Source of the DNA: a bacterium | GTDB taxonomy: Bacteria > Bacillota > Clostridia > Christensenellales > Aristaeellaceae | Reading direction: 5' to 3' | DNA: 64,000 nt | Assembly: GCA_029009515.1 (NCBI GenBank) | Contig: JAQXJZ010000109.1 | Span: 4,066-68,065 of the forward strand | Shown here: piece by piece, positions 53,817-62,611 of the stretch | Position numbering within the stretch: position 1 is the stretch's first letter | Layout of the letters: each line of letters opens with the position of its first letter | The notes under the pieces: generated by a model | The model's input: the letters and a program-made list of their open reading frames with translations, nothing else | What the model was told of the DNA's origin: nothing | The model's database searches: none | Translations under genes and position numbers: made by a program

Positions 53817-53971
53817 GCAATACCATCAATCGAGCCGGGGCACCCGTATGTGCCCCGGCGGTCTTAGTTGCAGCCCTACCCATACACAAACACCGTGCAC
53901 CTTTCAGGTGCACGGTGTGCGGGGTGCAGGGGGCTCAGCCCCCTGCCGGGATCCAAGGGCAGAGCCCTTGG
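53817..53971 (-). repeat. Hairpin-mosaic element copy B (inverted relative to copy A)
   Basis: 59-nt core (53817-53875). 12-bp hairpin ACACCGTGCACC/GGTGCACGGTGT (53890-53918). GCAGGGGGC-tca-GCCCCCTGC (53926-53946). CCAAGGGC-aga-GCCCTTGG (53953-53971). Confidence 0.85.
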
Positions 53972-53982
53972 CGTCTCCTCCT

Positions 53983-54951
53983 TTATAGGAACGCCACACA
54001 GGCGGGCGCGTTGAACGGGATCTCGCGGGTGGTGTGGGTGGGCATGCCGGTTTCGGTGTTGATGTGCTTGATGACAACCCAGTCGGAATTCTGACAGCAG
54101 ATGACCAGGTGATTGCCGCTTTCGGTCAGCTCCATGTGGCGCGGACTGCGGCCGCCGCAGTCAAAGTTGGCCTTGAGCGTGAGCAGACCGTCTTCGCCCA
54201 CTTCCAGAACGGCAATGTTGTCGGCGTAGCGGTTGGCGGCGTACACAAAGCGTCCGTCCTTGGAAACGCAGAGGGTGGAGCAGTGGCTGCTGCCAAAATG
54301 GTTGGCAGGCAGGGTGGATACCTGCTGCCTGAGCGACCAGTCGGACGTGTCATAGACGAGAATCTGGTTGGAATACTCGGTGATGACGTACAGCAGCTTT
54401 TCATCCACGGACAGGCGCAGATGGCGCGGACCGCTGCCTTGCGGCGCGGATACAACGGCATCCTCCACCAGCTTGCCGTTTTCAACGCGGTAGATGAACA
54501 GCTTGTCCAGACCGAGGTTGGCGGTGTACACGCGGTCCTCGGCACGGTTGAGCGCAGCGCAGTGCGCGCGGCTCTGGTTATCGCCCACCTGCTCAATGGC
54601 GTCCACATCGCCAAACTTGCCGGTCTCGGGATCAAACTGCGCGCACAGCACATGGCCGCTGCCGTAGCAGGAACCAATGAGCAGCTTGTTGACAGGCGAA
54701 TACGCCAGATGGCACAGTGCACGGCCCACCACATTGCGGCGGTCAGTGAGGCGGTAGCTCATGCCTTCGCGGCGATAGGCGTAAATGGCGGCATAGTAGC
54801 TGTTTTCGGTAAGGGCGAAGAGGTAGCCGTCACCGCAGGCAATAAAGCTGGGCGACTCGATGCCGTCCGTCCAGAAAGGGACGGAGCGATCGCCGAAATA
54901 CGCAATGGATGTATCCAGCGATACGCCGTAGCCGGAAATGATGCATTTCAT
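53983..54951 (-). CDS. 7-bladed beta-propeller lactonase-family protein (Pgl/YbhE-like)
   Basis: Repeated propeller motifs, GSGPRHL and GGRSPRHM (GxxPRH), and VYTANLGLDKLFIY, typical of PF10282-type lactonases. Confidence 0.75.
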   Translation of the reverse strand: MKCIISGYGVSLDTSIAYFGDRSVPFWTDGIESPSFIACGDGYLFALTENSYYAAIYAYRREGMSYRLTDRRNVVGRALCHLAYSPVNKLLIGSCYGSGHVLCAQFDPETGKFGDVDAIEQVGDNQSRAHCAALNRAEDRVYTANLGLDKLFIYRVENGKLVEDAVVSAPQGSGPRHLRLSVDEKLLYVITEYSNQILVYDTSDWSLRQQVSTLPANHFGSSHCSTLCVSKDGRFVYAANRYADNIAVLEVGEDGLLTLKANFDCGGRSPRHMELTESGNHLVICCQNSDWVVIKHINTETGMPTHTTREIPFNAPACVAFL

Positions 54952-54972
54952 GGTGTATCTTTCCTTTCTTCC

Positions 54973-56361
54973 TTATGCAAGCCCTGATTTGCGGATCGCG
55001 CGCTTGAGCCATCCGCCCCAGAGATAATAGACAATAAACAGAATGGACGTGAGCGTCCACGTGATGGGATAGCTGAGCATGAGCATTTCCAGCGTGTGAT
55101 TCATGGGCAGAATCCACACCACCCAGATCACGCGGAACACGCACACGCCAAACAGCGTAAACAGCGTGGCTACCAGCGAATCGCCCACGCCGCGCAGGGC
55201 GCCGGAGAGAATTTCGATGCAGATAAAGGCCATGTAGGCAGGCGCAATTACGCGCAGCATCTGCAAGCCGTACTCAATCACAACCGGATCATCTGTAAAC
55301 AAATGATACAACATACGGCCACCCAAAAGCAAGAGTGTACTGAGCACAATGGTGGAGCCAAACATCATCAGCAGGCACACGCGCACGCTGCGGCGCATGC
55401 GGTCGTACTGCTTTGCGCCAAAATTCTGACCCACAAAGGTAGTGATGGATACGCCAAATGCACCCACGATCATCCAGTAAAAACCATCCAGCTTGCCAAA
55501 GGCCGTGTAGGCGGCAATCATGTCTGTGCCAAAGCCGTTGACCGCCGTCTGAATGACCACGTTGGACACCGAGTACATCATGGACTGCAGACCGGCCGGC
55601 AGGCCGATGGCCGCAATGCGGCCCAGCAGCTGGGTATGAAAGCGGATTTTGCGCACATCCAGATGGTACACAGTCGGCGAGCTCGTCAGCGTAAAGATGA
55701 CCAGCACGGCGCTGACCAGCTGAGAAAGGATGGTGGCCAGCGCAGCGCCCGCCGCGCCCAACTCCATGCCCACCACCAGCAGCACGTCCAGCACAATGTT
55801 GACAATGCAGGCAGCTGCCAGGAACAGCAGCGGACGGCGGGAATCGCCCACGGCACGCAGAAGGCCCGAGCCGATGTTGTAAATCAGCGAGGGAATCATG
55901 CCGATAAAGTAAATGCGCAGATAGATGACCGCATGCGGCAGCACATCCGCAGGCGTACCCAGCATTTCCAGCAGCGCAGGCGAAAAGATGTAGCCGACGA
56001 TCATGATGATCGCGCCGCCGGTGATGGCCATGGCCATGGCGGTATGCACCGTCTGGCTGACTTCCTCACTACGCCGTCCGCCGTAAAACTGCGACAGGAT
56101 GACCGTAGCGCCGGAAGACAGGCCCACAAAGAAGCCCACAATCAGGTTGATGAGGCTGCCGGTGGCGCCGCCCACTGCGGCCAGCGCCTCCTTGCCCACA
56201 AATTTGCCCACGATGATGGCGTCCACCGTGTTGTACATCTGCTGGAAAAAGGTGCCCAGCAGAATGGGAAAGAAGAACGCCAGCAGCGTTTTCCAGATGA
56301 CGCCGCCGGTGATGCTGTTTACATCCACACCGGCGGAAATGCGCTTTGCTTTCCAGGCCAT
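54973..56361 (-). CDS. MATE-family efflux transporter
   Basis: 462 aa with FFFPILLGTFFQQMYNTVDAIIVGKFVG, the MATE N-terminal signature. Confidence 0.9.
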   Translation of the reverse strand: MAWKAKRISAGVDVNSITGGVIWKTLLAFFFPILLGTFFQQMYNTVDAIIVGKFVGKEALAAVGGATGSLINLIVGFFVGLSSGATVILSQFYGGRRSEEVSQTVHTAMAMAITGGAIIMIVGYIFSPALLEMLGTPADVLPHAVIYLRIYFIGMIPSLIYNIGSGLLRAVGDSRRPLLFLAAACIVNIVLDVLLVVGMELGAAGAALATILSQLVSAVLVIFTLTSSPTVYHLDVRKIRFHTQLLGRIAAIGLPAGLQSMMYSVSNVVIQTAVNGFGTDMIAAYTAFGKLDGFYWMIVGAFGVSITTFVGQNFGAKQYDRMRRSVRVCLLMMFGSTIVLSTLLLLGGRMLYHLFTDDPVVIEYGLQMLRVIAPAYMAFICIEILSGALRGVGDSLVATLFTLFGVCVFRVIWVVWILPMNHTLEMLMLSYPITWTLTSILFIVYYLWGGWLKRAIRKSGLA

Positions 56362-56367
56362 AAAGGG

Positions 56368-57126
56368 TTACTCCTTCTCAGGCGTCGTTGGTGCATTCAA
56401 AAACCAGACGGGATAGCTGCCCGCATAACGGTAGCCCAGTTTCTGCGCCAGATGCAGCGAAACATCGCTGGCTGCGTCCCATTCGGGGATAAGGCCTCGA
56501 TCCAGGCATTCGAGAATCAGTCTCGCGCTGCACGCGGCTGCAATGCCGCGTCGCTGATAATCAGCCCGCACGTCCACCTGTATTTCGATCCCCTGGGAGC
56601 AGCTCGAATAAGAGGATGCGCTGCCGATGAGCACGCCGTCCTTCAAAGCGGCTACGCCAAGGCCATGAGCGCGGTAGCTGTCCCATGAGCCAAACTGCAG
56701 GCAGGCGTCGCACGACCATGTCTGCGCAAGCGCCTGATGATAGCAGTCCTCATCAAACAGGCGCAGTTCGATCTCTGCGGGAATCTGCTGCGCAAGCCGC
56801 GAAAGGTGTTCGCGGTCGAAGGCTTCCGGCAGCCCGAGCGCATAGCGCGTTTCGGCTGTGACGCTTCCCTGGAGGATCTGCCCCACGCGTTCGTGCAGCT
56901 CAGGCGTACGGCTGACCAGAATGCGGAAAAAGCCCTGATCCGAAAATCGCGTCAGCAGCGCTTCCCATTCCGACGCATCCGCATCACCGGCCAGAAACAG
57001 AAAATCGCCGTTTTCGCACGCGGCTGCGCGGCCGCCTTCACAATGGAAGCGGCCCTGCATGCCCTCGCGTGCGCTTTGGATCATCAGGTTGTCCCAGCCG
57101 TCAAACAGGCTCAGGCATTCTCCCAT
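56368..57126 (-). CDS. GNAT-family acetyltransferase (two-domain, ZmaR/PF12746-like)
   Basis: C-terminal GNAT core VDVRADYQRRGIAAACSARLILECLDRG. Overlaps the upstream gene by 16 nt. Confidence 0.7.
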   Translation of the reverse strand: MGECLSLFDGWDNLMIQSAREGMQGRFHCEGGRAAACENGDFLFLAGDADASEWEALLTRFSDQGFFRILVSRTPELHERVGQILQGSVTAETRYALGLPEAFDREHLSRLAQQIPAEIELRLFDEDCYHQALAQTWSCDACLQFGSWDSYRAHGLGVAALKDGVLIGSASSYSSCSQGIEIQVDVRADYQRRGIAAACSARLILECLDRGLIPEWDAASDVSLHLAQKLGYRYAGSYPVWFLNAPTTPEKE

Positions 57127-58142
57127 TTGGAGAGTTCCTCCTGAATATAGGAAAGGGACAGCAGTTTTTCCTTCACCTCGTCCACGGTGAGCAGACGGGT
57201 GTTGTTGGAGTTGAACTCACTGAGCAGGTTGCGGTCCTCGTCGCCCTTGACCACATACTTGTCGTAGTTGAGGTCGCGGCTGTCGGAGGGGACGCGGTAG
57301 AAATCGCCCATGTCGATGGCATGCACGCATTCCTCGTTGGTCAGCAGGGTTTCGTACATCTTTTCGCCGTGGCGGATGCCGATGACGCGGATGGGATTAT
57401 CCGCATGGAACAGTTCCTTCACAGCCTGCGCCAGAACACCGATGGTGCAGGCAGGCGCCTTCTTGACCAGAATATCGCCGCTGTGCGCGTTTTCAAAGGC
57501 GAACAGCACCAGCTCCACGGCTTCCTCCAGGCTCATGATGAAGCGGGTCATATCCGGGTTGGTCACGGTCAGGGGCTTGCCTTCGCGGATCTGGTCGATG
57601 AACAGCGGAATGACCGAGCCGCGCGAGCACATCACATTGCCGTAGCGGGTGCCGCAGATGAGCGTGCGCTCGGGCGACACCGTGCGGGCCTTGGCCACAA
57701 ACACCTTTTCCATCATGGCCTTGCTGGTGCCCATGGCGTTGACGGGATAGGCCGCCTTGTCGGTAGACAGGCAGATCACCTTTTTCACGCCGGCCTCGAT
57801 GCAGGCGGTGAGCACGTTATCGGTGCCCAGCACATTGGTCTTGACCGCCTCGATGGGGAAAAACTCGCAGGAGGGAACCTGCTTGAGGGCGGCGGCATGA
57901 AACAGATAATCCACGCCGTAGATGGCGTTTTTCACGCTGGACAGATCGCGCACGTCGCCGATGAAGTACTTGATCTTGTCATTCTGATAGCGGTGCCGCA
58001 TATCATCCTGCTTTTTCTCATCGCGGCTGAAAATGCGGATTTCGGCAATATCCGTATCCAGGAAGCGCTTGAGCACCGCCTCGCCAAAGGAGCCGGTACC
58101 GCCGGTGATCATCAGCGTCTTTCCGCTGAAAGGAGTGCTCAT
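57111..58142 (-). CDS. capE: UDP-GlcNAc 4,6-dehydratase/5-epimerase, CapE/FnlA/WbjB type
   Basis: LMITGGTGSFG, EIRIFSRDEKKQ, HAAALKQVPSCEFFP, and the subfamily-specific MxxxK (AMGTSKAMMEK) in place of YxxxK. Confidence 0.85.
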   Translation of the reverse strand: MSTPFSGKTLMITGGTGSFGEAVLKRFLDTDIAEIRIFSRDEKKQDDMRHRYQNDKIKYFIGDVRDLSSVKNAIYGVDYLFHAAALKQVPSCEFFPIEAVKTNVLGTDNVLTACIEAGVKKVICLSTDKAAYPVNAMGTSKAMMEKVFVAKARTVSPERTLICGTRYGNVMCSRGSVIPLFIDQIREGKPLTVTNPDMTRFIMSLEEAVELVLFAFENAHSGDILVKKAPACTIGVLAQAVKELFHADNPIRVIGIRHGEKMYETLLTNEECVHAIDMGDFYRVPSDSRDLNYDKYVVKGDEDRNLLSEFNSNNTRLLTVDEVKEKLLSLSYIQEELSKWENA

Positions 58143-58880
58143 TTACATTTCCTCCTCGGTGTTCTTTAGCACGTTGCCGGTCAGGCGGTGCAGCACGTCG
58201 CGGTAGGCCTCGGCCACGTCGCCCAGATCGTGACGGAAACGGTCCAGATCCATGGGTTCGTGGGTGGCGGCGTCCCAAAAACGGCAGGTATCGGGCGATA
58301 CCTCGTCCGCCAGCAGAATCTGACCCTTGTAGCGGCCAAACTCCAGCCGGAAGTCGATGAGCTCGATGTTGATATCGCGCATGCACTCGGACAGGATCTC
58401 ATTCACCAGGTAGCTCATTTGCTCCATGCGGCGCACCTCTTTCGGCGTGGCCAGCTGCATGGCGGTGATGTGGGTGACATTGACCATGGAATCTTCCAGC
58501 TCGTCATCCTTGAGGTTGAACTCGATGACGGTGTTGCGCAGCTTGGTGCCGTCCGGCACGCTCATGCGGCGGGCAAGGCTGCCGGCGGCAATATTGCGCA
58601 CCTTGACCACAAAGGGGATCATCTCCACCCGCTTGACCAGCGAGCAGCGGTTGTCGATGCGCTTGATAAAATGGTTGGGCACGCCTTTTTCGGTCAGCAG
58701 CGTAAACATGTATTCACAGATCAGGTTGTTGATCTCGCCCTTGCCGATGATGCGTCCGCGCTTGAGACCGTGGAAAGCAAAGGTTTCATCGCGGTAGTAC
58801 ACCACAGCTTCGTCCGGATTTTCGGTGGCGTACAGGCGCTTTCCCCTGCCCTCGGCAATCATGGTGGTAATGTTGCTCAT
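58143..58880 (-). CDS. purC: SAICAR synthetase
   Basis: GKGEINN, VVKVRNIAAGS, DFRLEFG and DEVSPDTCRFWD...DLDRFR. Confidence 0.93.
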   Translation of the reverse strand: MSNITTMIAEGRGKRLYATENPDEAVVYYRDETFAFHGLKRGRIIGKGEINNLICEYMFTLLTEKGVPNHFIKRIDNRCSLVKRVEMIPFVVKVRNIAAGSLARRMSVPDGTKLRNTVIEFNLKDDELEDSMVNVTHITAMQLATPKEVRRMEQMSYLVNEILSECMRDINIELIDFRLEFGRYKGQILLADEVSPDTCRFWDAATHEPMDLDRFRHDLGDVAEAYRDVLHRLTGNVLKNTEEEM

Positions 58881-58929
58881 GTTCTACTTCCTTCTTGTTC
58901 CTCTGCCTGTCTATAATGGTTCGTTTTGT

Positions 58930-58958
58930 ATTGTAGCACGGTTCTGCGCACTTCGCAA
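58930..58958 (-). promoter_or_regulatory. Promoter upstream of purC
   Basis: Minus strand reads TTGCGA, 17 nt, TACAAT with an upstream TG. It leaves a leader of about 45 nt. Confidence 0.5.
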
Positions 58959-59099
58959 GCAATTGCATGCATCGTTCGCATTTGCATCTTTCCCGCGAGC
59001 CAGCCCGCTTTGGACGCCCCTTTTCTGCCAAAAATCAACATATGACAGACTGTTTACAGAAAAAACAAAGAACCGTCATGATAACTGTTCAAAAAATGC

Positions 59100-59128
59100 T
59101 TGCAAATGAGTTTTGACTGTGCTATAAT
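59100..59128 (+). promoter_or_regulatory. Promoter of rpmE
   Basis: TTGCAA, 17 nt, TATAAT with an upstream TG. Confidence 0.6.
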
Positions 59129-59181
59129 CTCTCGTGCGGTTTTCATTGAACCCACAGCATGCGCAAAAGAGGTGAGAGTGC

Positions 59182-59382
59182 GTGAAAGAAAAGATCCATC
59201 CCAAATATGGCAAGTCCATCGTCCGTTGCGTATGCGGTGAGACGTTTGAGACGGGTTCTGTCAAGGGTGAGCTGAAGGTTGAAATTTGCTCCAAGTGCCA
59301 TCCTTTCTTCACCGGCAAGCAGAAGCTGGTCGATACCGGCGGACGCGTTGACCGCTTCAAGAAGCGTTTCAACATGGAATAA
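59182..59382 (+). CDS. rpmE: 50S ribosomal protein L31 (Zn-ribbon type A)
   Basis: MKEKIHPKY..., CxC...[10 protein letters not shown], 66 aa. GTG start after GAGGTGAG. Confidence 0.95.
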   Translation: MKEKIHPKYGKSIVRCVCGETFETGSVKGELKVEICSKCHPFFTGKQKLVDTGGRVDRFKKRFNME

Positions 59383-59389
59383 GCCATTC

Positions 59390-59427
59390 AAAAGAGCGCC
59401 ACAAGGCGCTCTTTTTGATTTTTTCGG
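59390..59427 (+). terminator. Rho-independent terminator of rpmE
   Basis: AAAGAGCGCC-acaa-GGCGCTCTTT followed by TTGATTTTTT. Confidence 0.85.
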
Positions 59428-59536
59428 AAATTCTTTCATCCCCGTTTCAAGGCAGGAACAAACGGGGTATATGTCGAATACAGAGCATTTGTGTACCTGT
59501 GATCTTTTTTGCACAGGAGAAAGGAAAGATACCTTT

Positions 59537-60598
59537 ATGAGCAAAACTCCCGCTGCTTCCTGCCGCCGTCCGGATATTGGCGGACAGGCGGTTATGGAAG
59601 GCGTCATGATGAAGGCGCCGGACGCCATCGCCATCTCTGTGCGCCGCCCCAACGGCGACATCATCACCAAGCGCACCACCTACGTTCCCCTGAGCAAGAA
59701 GCACAAGTGGATGGGCTGGCCCATTGTGCGCGGCGTGGTCAACTTTGTCACCATGCTGTCCATGGGCATGAGCACCCTGCAGGAGAGCACCGACATGCTG
59801 GGCATTCTGGACGAGGAACCCACCAAGTTTGAAAAGTGGCTGTCCAAAAAGCTGGGCAAGGGCATCGACAAGATTGTCATGGGCACGGCCATCGTGCTGG
59901 CGGTCGTGCTGTCCATCGGTCTGTTCTTCGTCATTCCGGAGCTGGTGGCCCGCGCCCTCAAGGCCCTCATGCCCAACCCCGAGCAGAACTGGCTGATCAA
60001 CCTTTTGAGCGGCCTTGTGCGCATCATGATCCTCATCTGCTACATCCTGTTCTGCAGCAGCGTGCCGGATGTGCGCCGCACCTTTGAGTACCACGGCGCT
60101 GAGCACAAGACCGTCTACTGCAACGAAAACAACCTGCCCCTCACGCCCGAAAACGCGCAGCAGTTCACCACCCTGCACCCGCGCTGCGGCACCAGTTTCC
60201 TGCTGATTGTGTTCGTCATCTCCATCGTGCTGTTCACGCTGGTGGGCTATCAGGGCACCAACTACTTCCTGCGTCTGGGCAGCCGTCTGGCGCTTCTGCC
60301 CCTGGTGGCCGGCATCAGCTATGAAGTGCTCAAGGGCCTGGCCCACAGCAAGGGCAAGATTGTGGAAATCCTGCGCTGGCCCGGCATGCAGATGCAGCGC
60401 CTCACCACCAGGCAGCCCACCAACGAAATGCTGGAAGTGGCCATCGTTTCCATGAACGTGGCGCTCTACGGCATTCCCGAAGGCTGCCCCAAGACCTCGG
60501 ACGGCTACACCATCATCCGCGATTACCGCGTGACCGATCCCAGCTACGTGCCGCCGGTGGAAGAGCCCGCCGAAGAAGAGGCCGCCGAAAACGAATGA
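59537..60598 (+). CDS. DUF1385 membrane protein (conserved prmC neighbour)
   Basis: GGQAVMEGVMMK, YHGAEHK and HPRCGTSF, the DUF1385 hallmarks. ATG 59537 follows AGGAGAAAGG. Confidence 0.85.
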   Translation: MSKTPAASCRRPDIGGQAVMEGVMMKAPDAIAISVRRPNGDIITKRTTYVPLSKKHKWMGWPIVRGVVNFVTMLSMGMSTLQESTDMLGILDEEPTKFEKWLSKKLGKGIDKIVMGTAIVLAVVLSIGLFFVIPELVARALKALMPNPEQNWLINLLSGLVRIMILICYILFCSSVPDVRRTFEYHGAEHKTVYCNENNLPLTPENAQQFTTLHPRCGTSFLLIVFVISIVLFTLVGYQGTNYFLRLGSRLALLPLVAGISYEVLKGLAHSKGKIVEILRWPGMQMQRLTTRQPTNEMLEVAIVSMNVALYGIPEGCPKTSDGYTIIRDYRVTDPSYVPPVEEPAEEEAAENE

Positions 60599-61443
60599 CC
60601 ATCCGACAAGCCATCCTCGAGGCCGTGCAGGCGTTTGATGCAGCCGGCGTGCCCGATTCCCGCATCGACGCGGAGCTTATCCTGTGCCATGTCACCGGTC
60701 TGGACAGGATGAATCTGCTGATGTCGGGCGCAAGTGAACTGACCAAAGAGCAGGAGCAGCGTTTTTCGTCGCTCCTGCTTTCGCGCGCAAAGCGGACGCC
60801 TGTGCAGTATCTGCTGGGCACGCAGTTCTTCTTCGGACGCGAATTTCAGGTGGATTCCCGCGTGCTCATCCCGCGTCAGGAGACCGAGGAGCTGTGCGAA
60901 ATCGGCATTGCCTTTCTGAAGGCTCTCCCCCATCCCGCTGCGCTGGATCTGTGCACGGGCAGCGGCGCCATCGCCGTGACCCTCAAGGCCGAATGCCCGC
61001 ATGCGGAGGTATCCGCCTCCGACCTGAGCACGGACGCACTGGCGCTGGCTGCGCAGAATGCACAGCAGAACCACGCAGACGTTGCCTTTTTTCAGGGCGA
61101 TCTGTGGCAGCCGCTGGAGGGCATGACCTTCGACCTCATCCTGTCCAATCCGCCCTACATTCCCACGCTGGACTGCGACACGCTGCAGCAGGAAGTGATG
61201 CAGGAGCCGCGCATGGCGCTGGACGGCGGCGCGGACGGGCTGGATTTCTACCGCCGCATTGCCCACGGCACGCCTGCGCACCTGAACCCCGGCGGACTGA
61301 TCGCCGTGGAGGTGGGCATCCATCAGGCGCAGGACGTGGCGGATCTGTTCCGCCAGGCCGGGCTGTGCGATGTATCCGTCCGCAAGGACATCTACGGCGT
61401 GGAGCGCATGGTGAGCGCGCGAAGGAGTGAAGCGCATGTTTGA
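60595..61443 (+). CDS. prmC: Release-factor glutamine N5-methyltransferase
   Basis: SAM motif DLCTGSGAIAV and catalytic NPPY. Overlaps the upstream stop (ATGA). Confidence 0.92.
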   Translation: MTIRQAILEAVQAFDAAGVPDSRIDAELILCHVTGLDRMNLLMSGASELTKEQEQRFSSLLLSRAKRTPVQYLLGTQFFFGREFQVDSRVLIPRQETEELCEIGIAFLKALPHPAALDLCTGSGAIAVTLKAECPHAEVSASDLSTDALALAAQNAQQNHADVAFFQGDLWQPLEGMTFDLILSNPPYIPTLDCDTLQQEVMQEPRMALDGGADGLDFYRRIAHGTPAHLNPGGLIAVEVGIHQAQDVADLFRQAGLCDVSVRKDIYGVERMVSARRSEAHV

Positions 61444-62494
61444 CAAATTCGACTGGATGGAAGGCCGGTATGAGGAACTCTCCATCGAGGTCAGCCAGCC
61501 GGAGATCATTGCGGATCAGGCCAAATGGCAAAAACTCCTCAAGGAGCATGCCTCGCTGGAGCCTGCCGTAACCGCCTACCGCACCTACAAGCGCACGCTT
61601 GCAGACATCGCTGACGCGCAGGAGATGCTTGCCCAGCCCGACATGGCCGAGCTGGCTCAACTGGAGCTGGAGGAACTCACCCAGAGCAAGGCTCATCAGG
61701 AGGAAGCGCTCCGCATCCTGCTGCTTCCCAAAGACCCGGATGACGACCGCAGCGTGGTGATGGAAATCCGCGCAGGCGCCGGCGGTGAGGAAGCCGCCCT
61801 TTTTGCCGGAGAGATTGTGCGCATGTACACCCGCTATGCCGAAAAGCGCGGCTTTCGCGTATCCATGGTCAATTGGAGCGATACCGAGCTGGGCGGCGTG
61901 AAGGAAGCCGTGTTCACCGTCAGCGGCGCCGGCGCGTTCCAGCGTCTCAAGTACGAAAGCGGCGTGCACTGCGTCAAGCGCATCCCCGTGACCGAATCCA
62001 ACGGCAAGCTGCAGACCTCCACCTGCACCGTGGCCGTGCTGCCCGAAGCCGAGGACGTGGAAATCACCATTGACCCAAACGACCTGCGCATCGACACCTA
62101 CCGTGCCGGCGGCGCAGGCGGACAGCACGTCAACCGCACCGACAGCGCCGTGCGCATCACCCACATTCCCAGCGGCATCGTGGTGCAGTGCCAGAACGAG
62201 CGCAGCCAGATCCAGAACCGCGAGGTGGCCATGCGCATCCTCAAAAGCCGCCTCTACGACCGTCTGCGCTCCGAAAAGGACAGCCAGTACGCTCAGAGCC
62301 GCCGCGTGCAGATTGGCACCGGCGACCGCAGTGAGCGCGTGCGCACCTACCACTACATGCAGAACCGCGTCACCGATCACCGCATCGGTCTGACCCTCTA
62401 CAACCGCATCGACGACATCCTCGGCGGCGCGATTGACGAATTCATCGACGCGCTCCTGCTCGCCGAGCAGGCGGAGAAGCTCAAGGCGCTGTAA
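61436..62494 (+). CDS. prfA: Peptide chain release factor 1
   Basis: GGQ motif (GAGGQHVNRTDSAVRITH) and PVT tripeptide. ATG 61436 lies 8 nt after GAAGGAG. Confidence 0.95.
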   Translation: MFDKFDWMEGRYEELSIEVSQPEIIADQAKWQKLLKEHASLEPAVTAYRTYKRTLADIADAQEMLAQPDMAELAQLELEELTQSKAHQEEALRILLLPKDPDDDRSVVMEIRAGAGGEEAALFAGEIVRMYTRYAEKRGFRVSMVNWSDTELGGVKEAVFTVSGAGAFQRLKYESGVHCVKRIPVTESNGKLQTSTCTVAVLPEAEDVEITIDPNDLRIDTYRAGGAGGQHVNRTDSAVRITHIPSGIVVQCQNERSQIQNREVAMRILKSRLYDRLRSEKDSQYAQSRRVQIGTGDRSERVRTYHYMQNRVTDHRIGLTLYNRIDDILGGAIDEFIDALLLAEQAEKLKAL

Positions 62495-62495
62495 C

Positions 62496-62572
62496 GCAGG
62501 GCGCTGCCCTGCACCCGCTTAAGGGCTTTGCCCTTAAGAATCCCGTGGATTGGCCTCGCTTTGCGAGGCCAA
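62496..62572 (+). repeat. Triple-hairpin mosaic (shuffled modules of the same family)
   Basis: GCAGGGC-gct-GCCCTGC (62496-62512). CTTAAGGGC-ttt-GCCCTTAAG (62518-62538). TTGGCCTCGC-ttt-GCGAGGCCAA (62550-62572). Linkers ACCCGC and AATCCCG echo those of copy B. Confidence 0.8.
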
Positions 62573-62611
62573 AGGGAGACTATCTATTGTTTTCTAAGTA
62601 AGGTGTTTGTA

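Noticed and set aside
58881-59099. Purine riboswitch, ZTP riboswitch or PurR PurBox pair upstream of purC
   Set aside because: The predicted promoter leaves only a ~45-nt leader. I could not find the conserved riboswitch cores. Two CGAAC-containing segments are direct rather than inverted and fit the PurBox consensus poorly.
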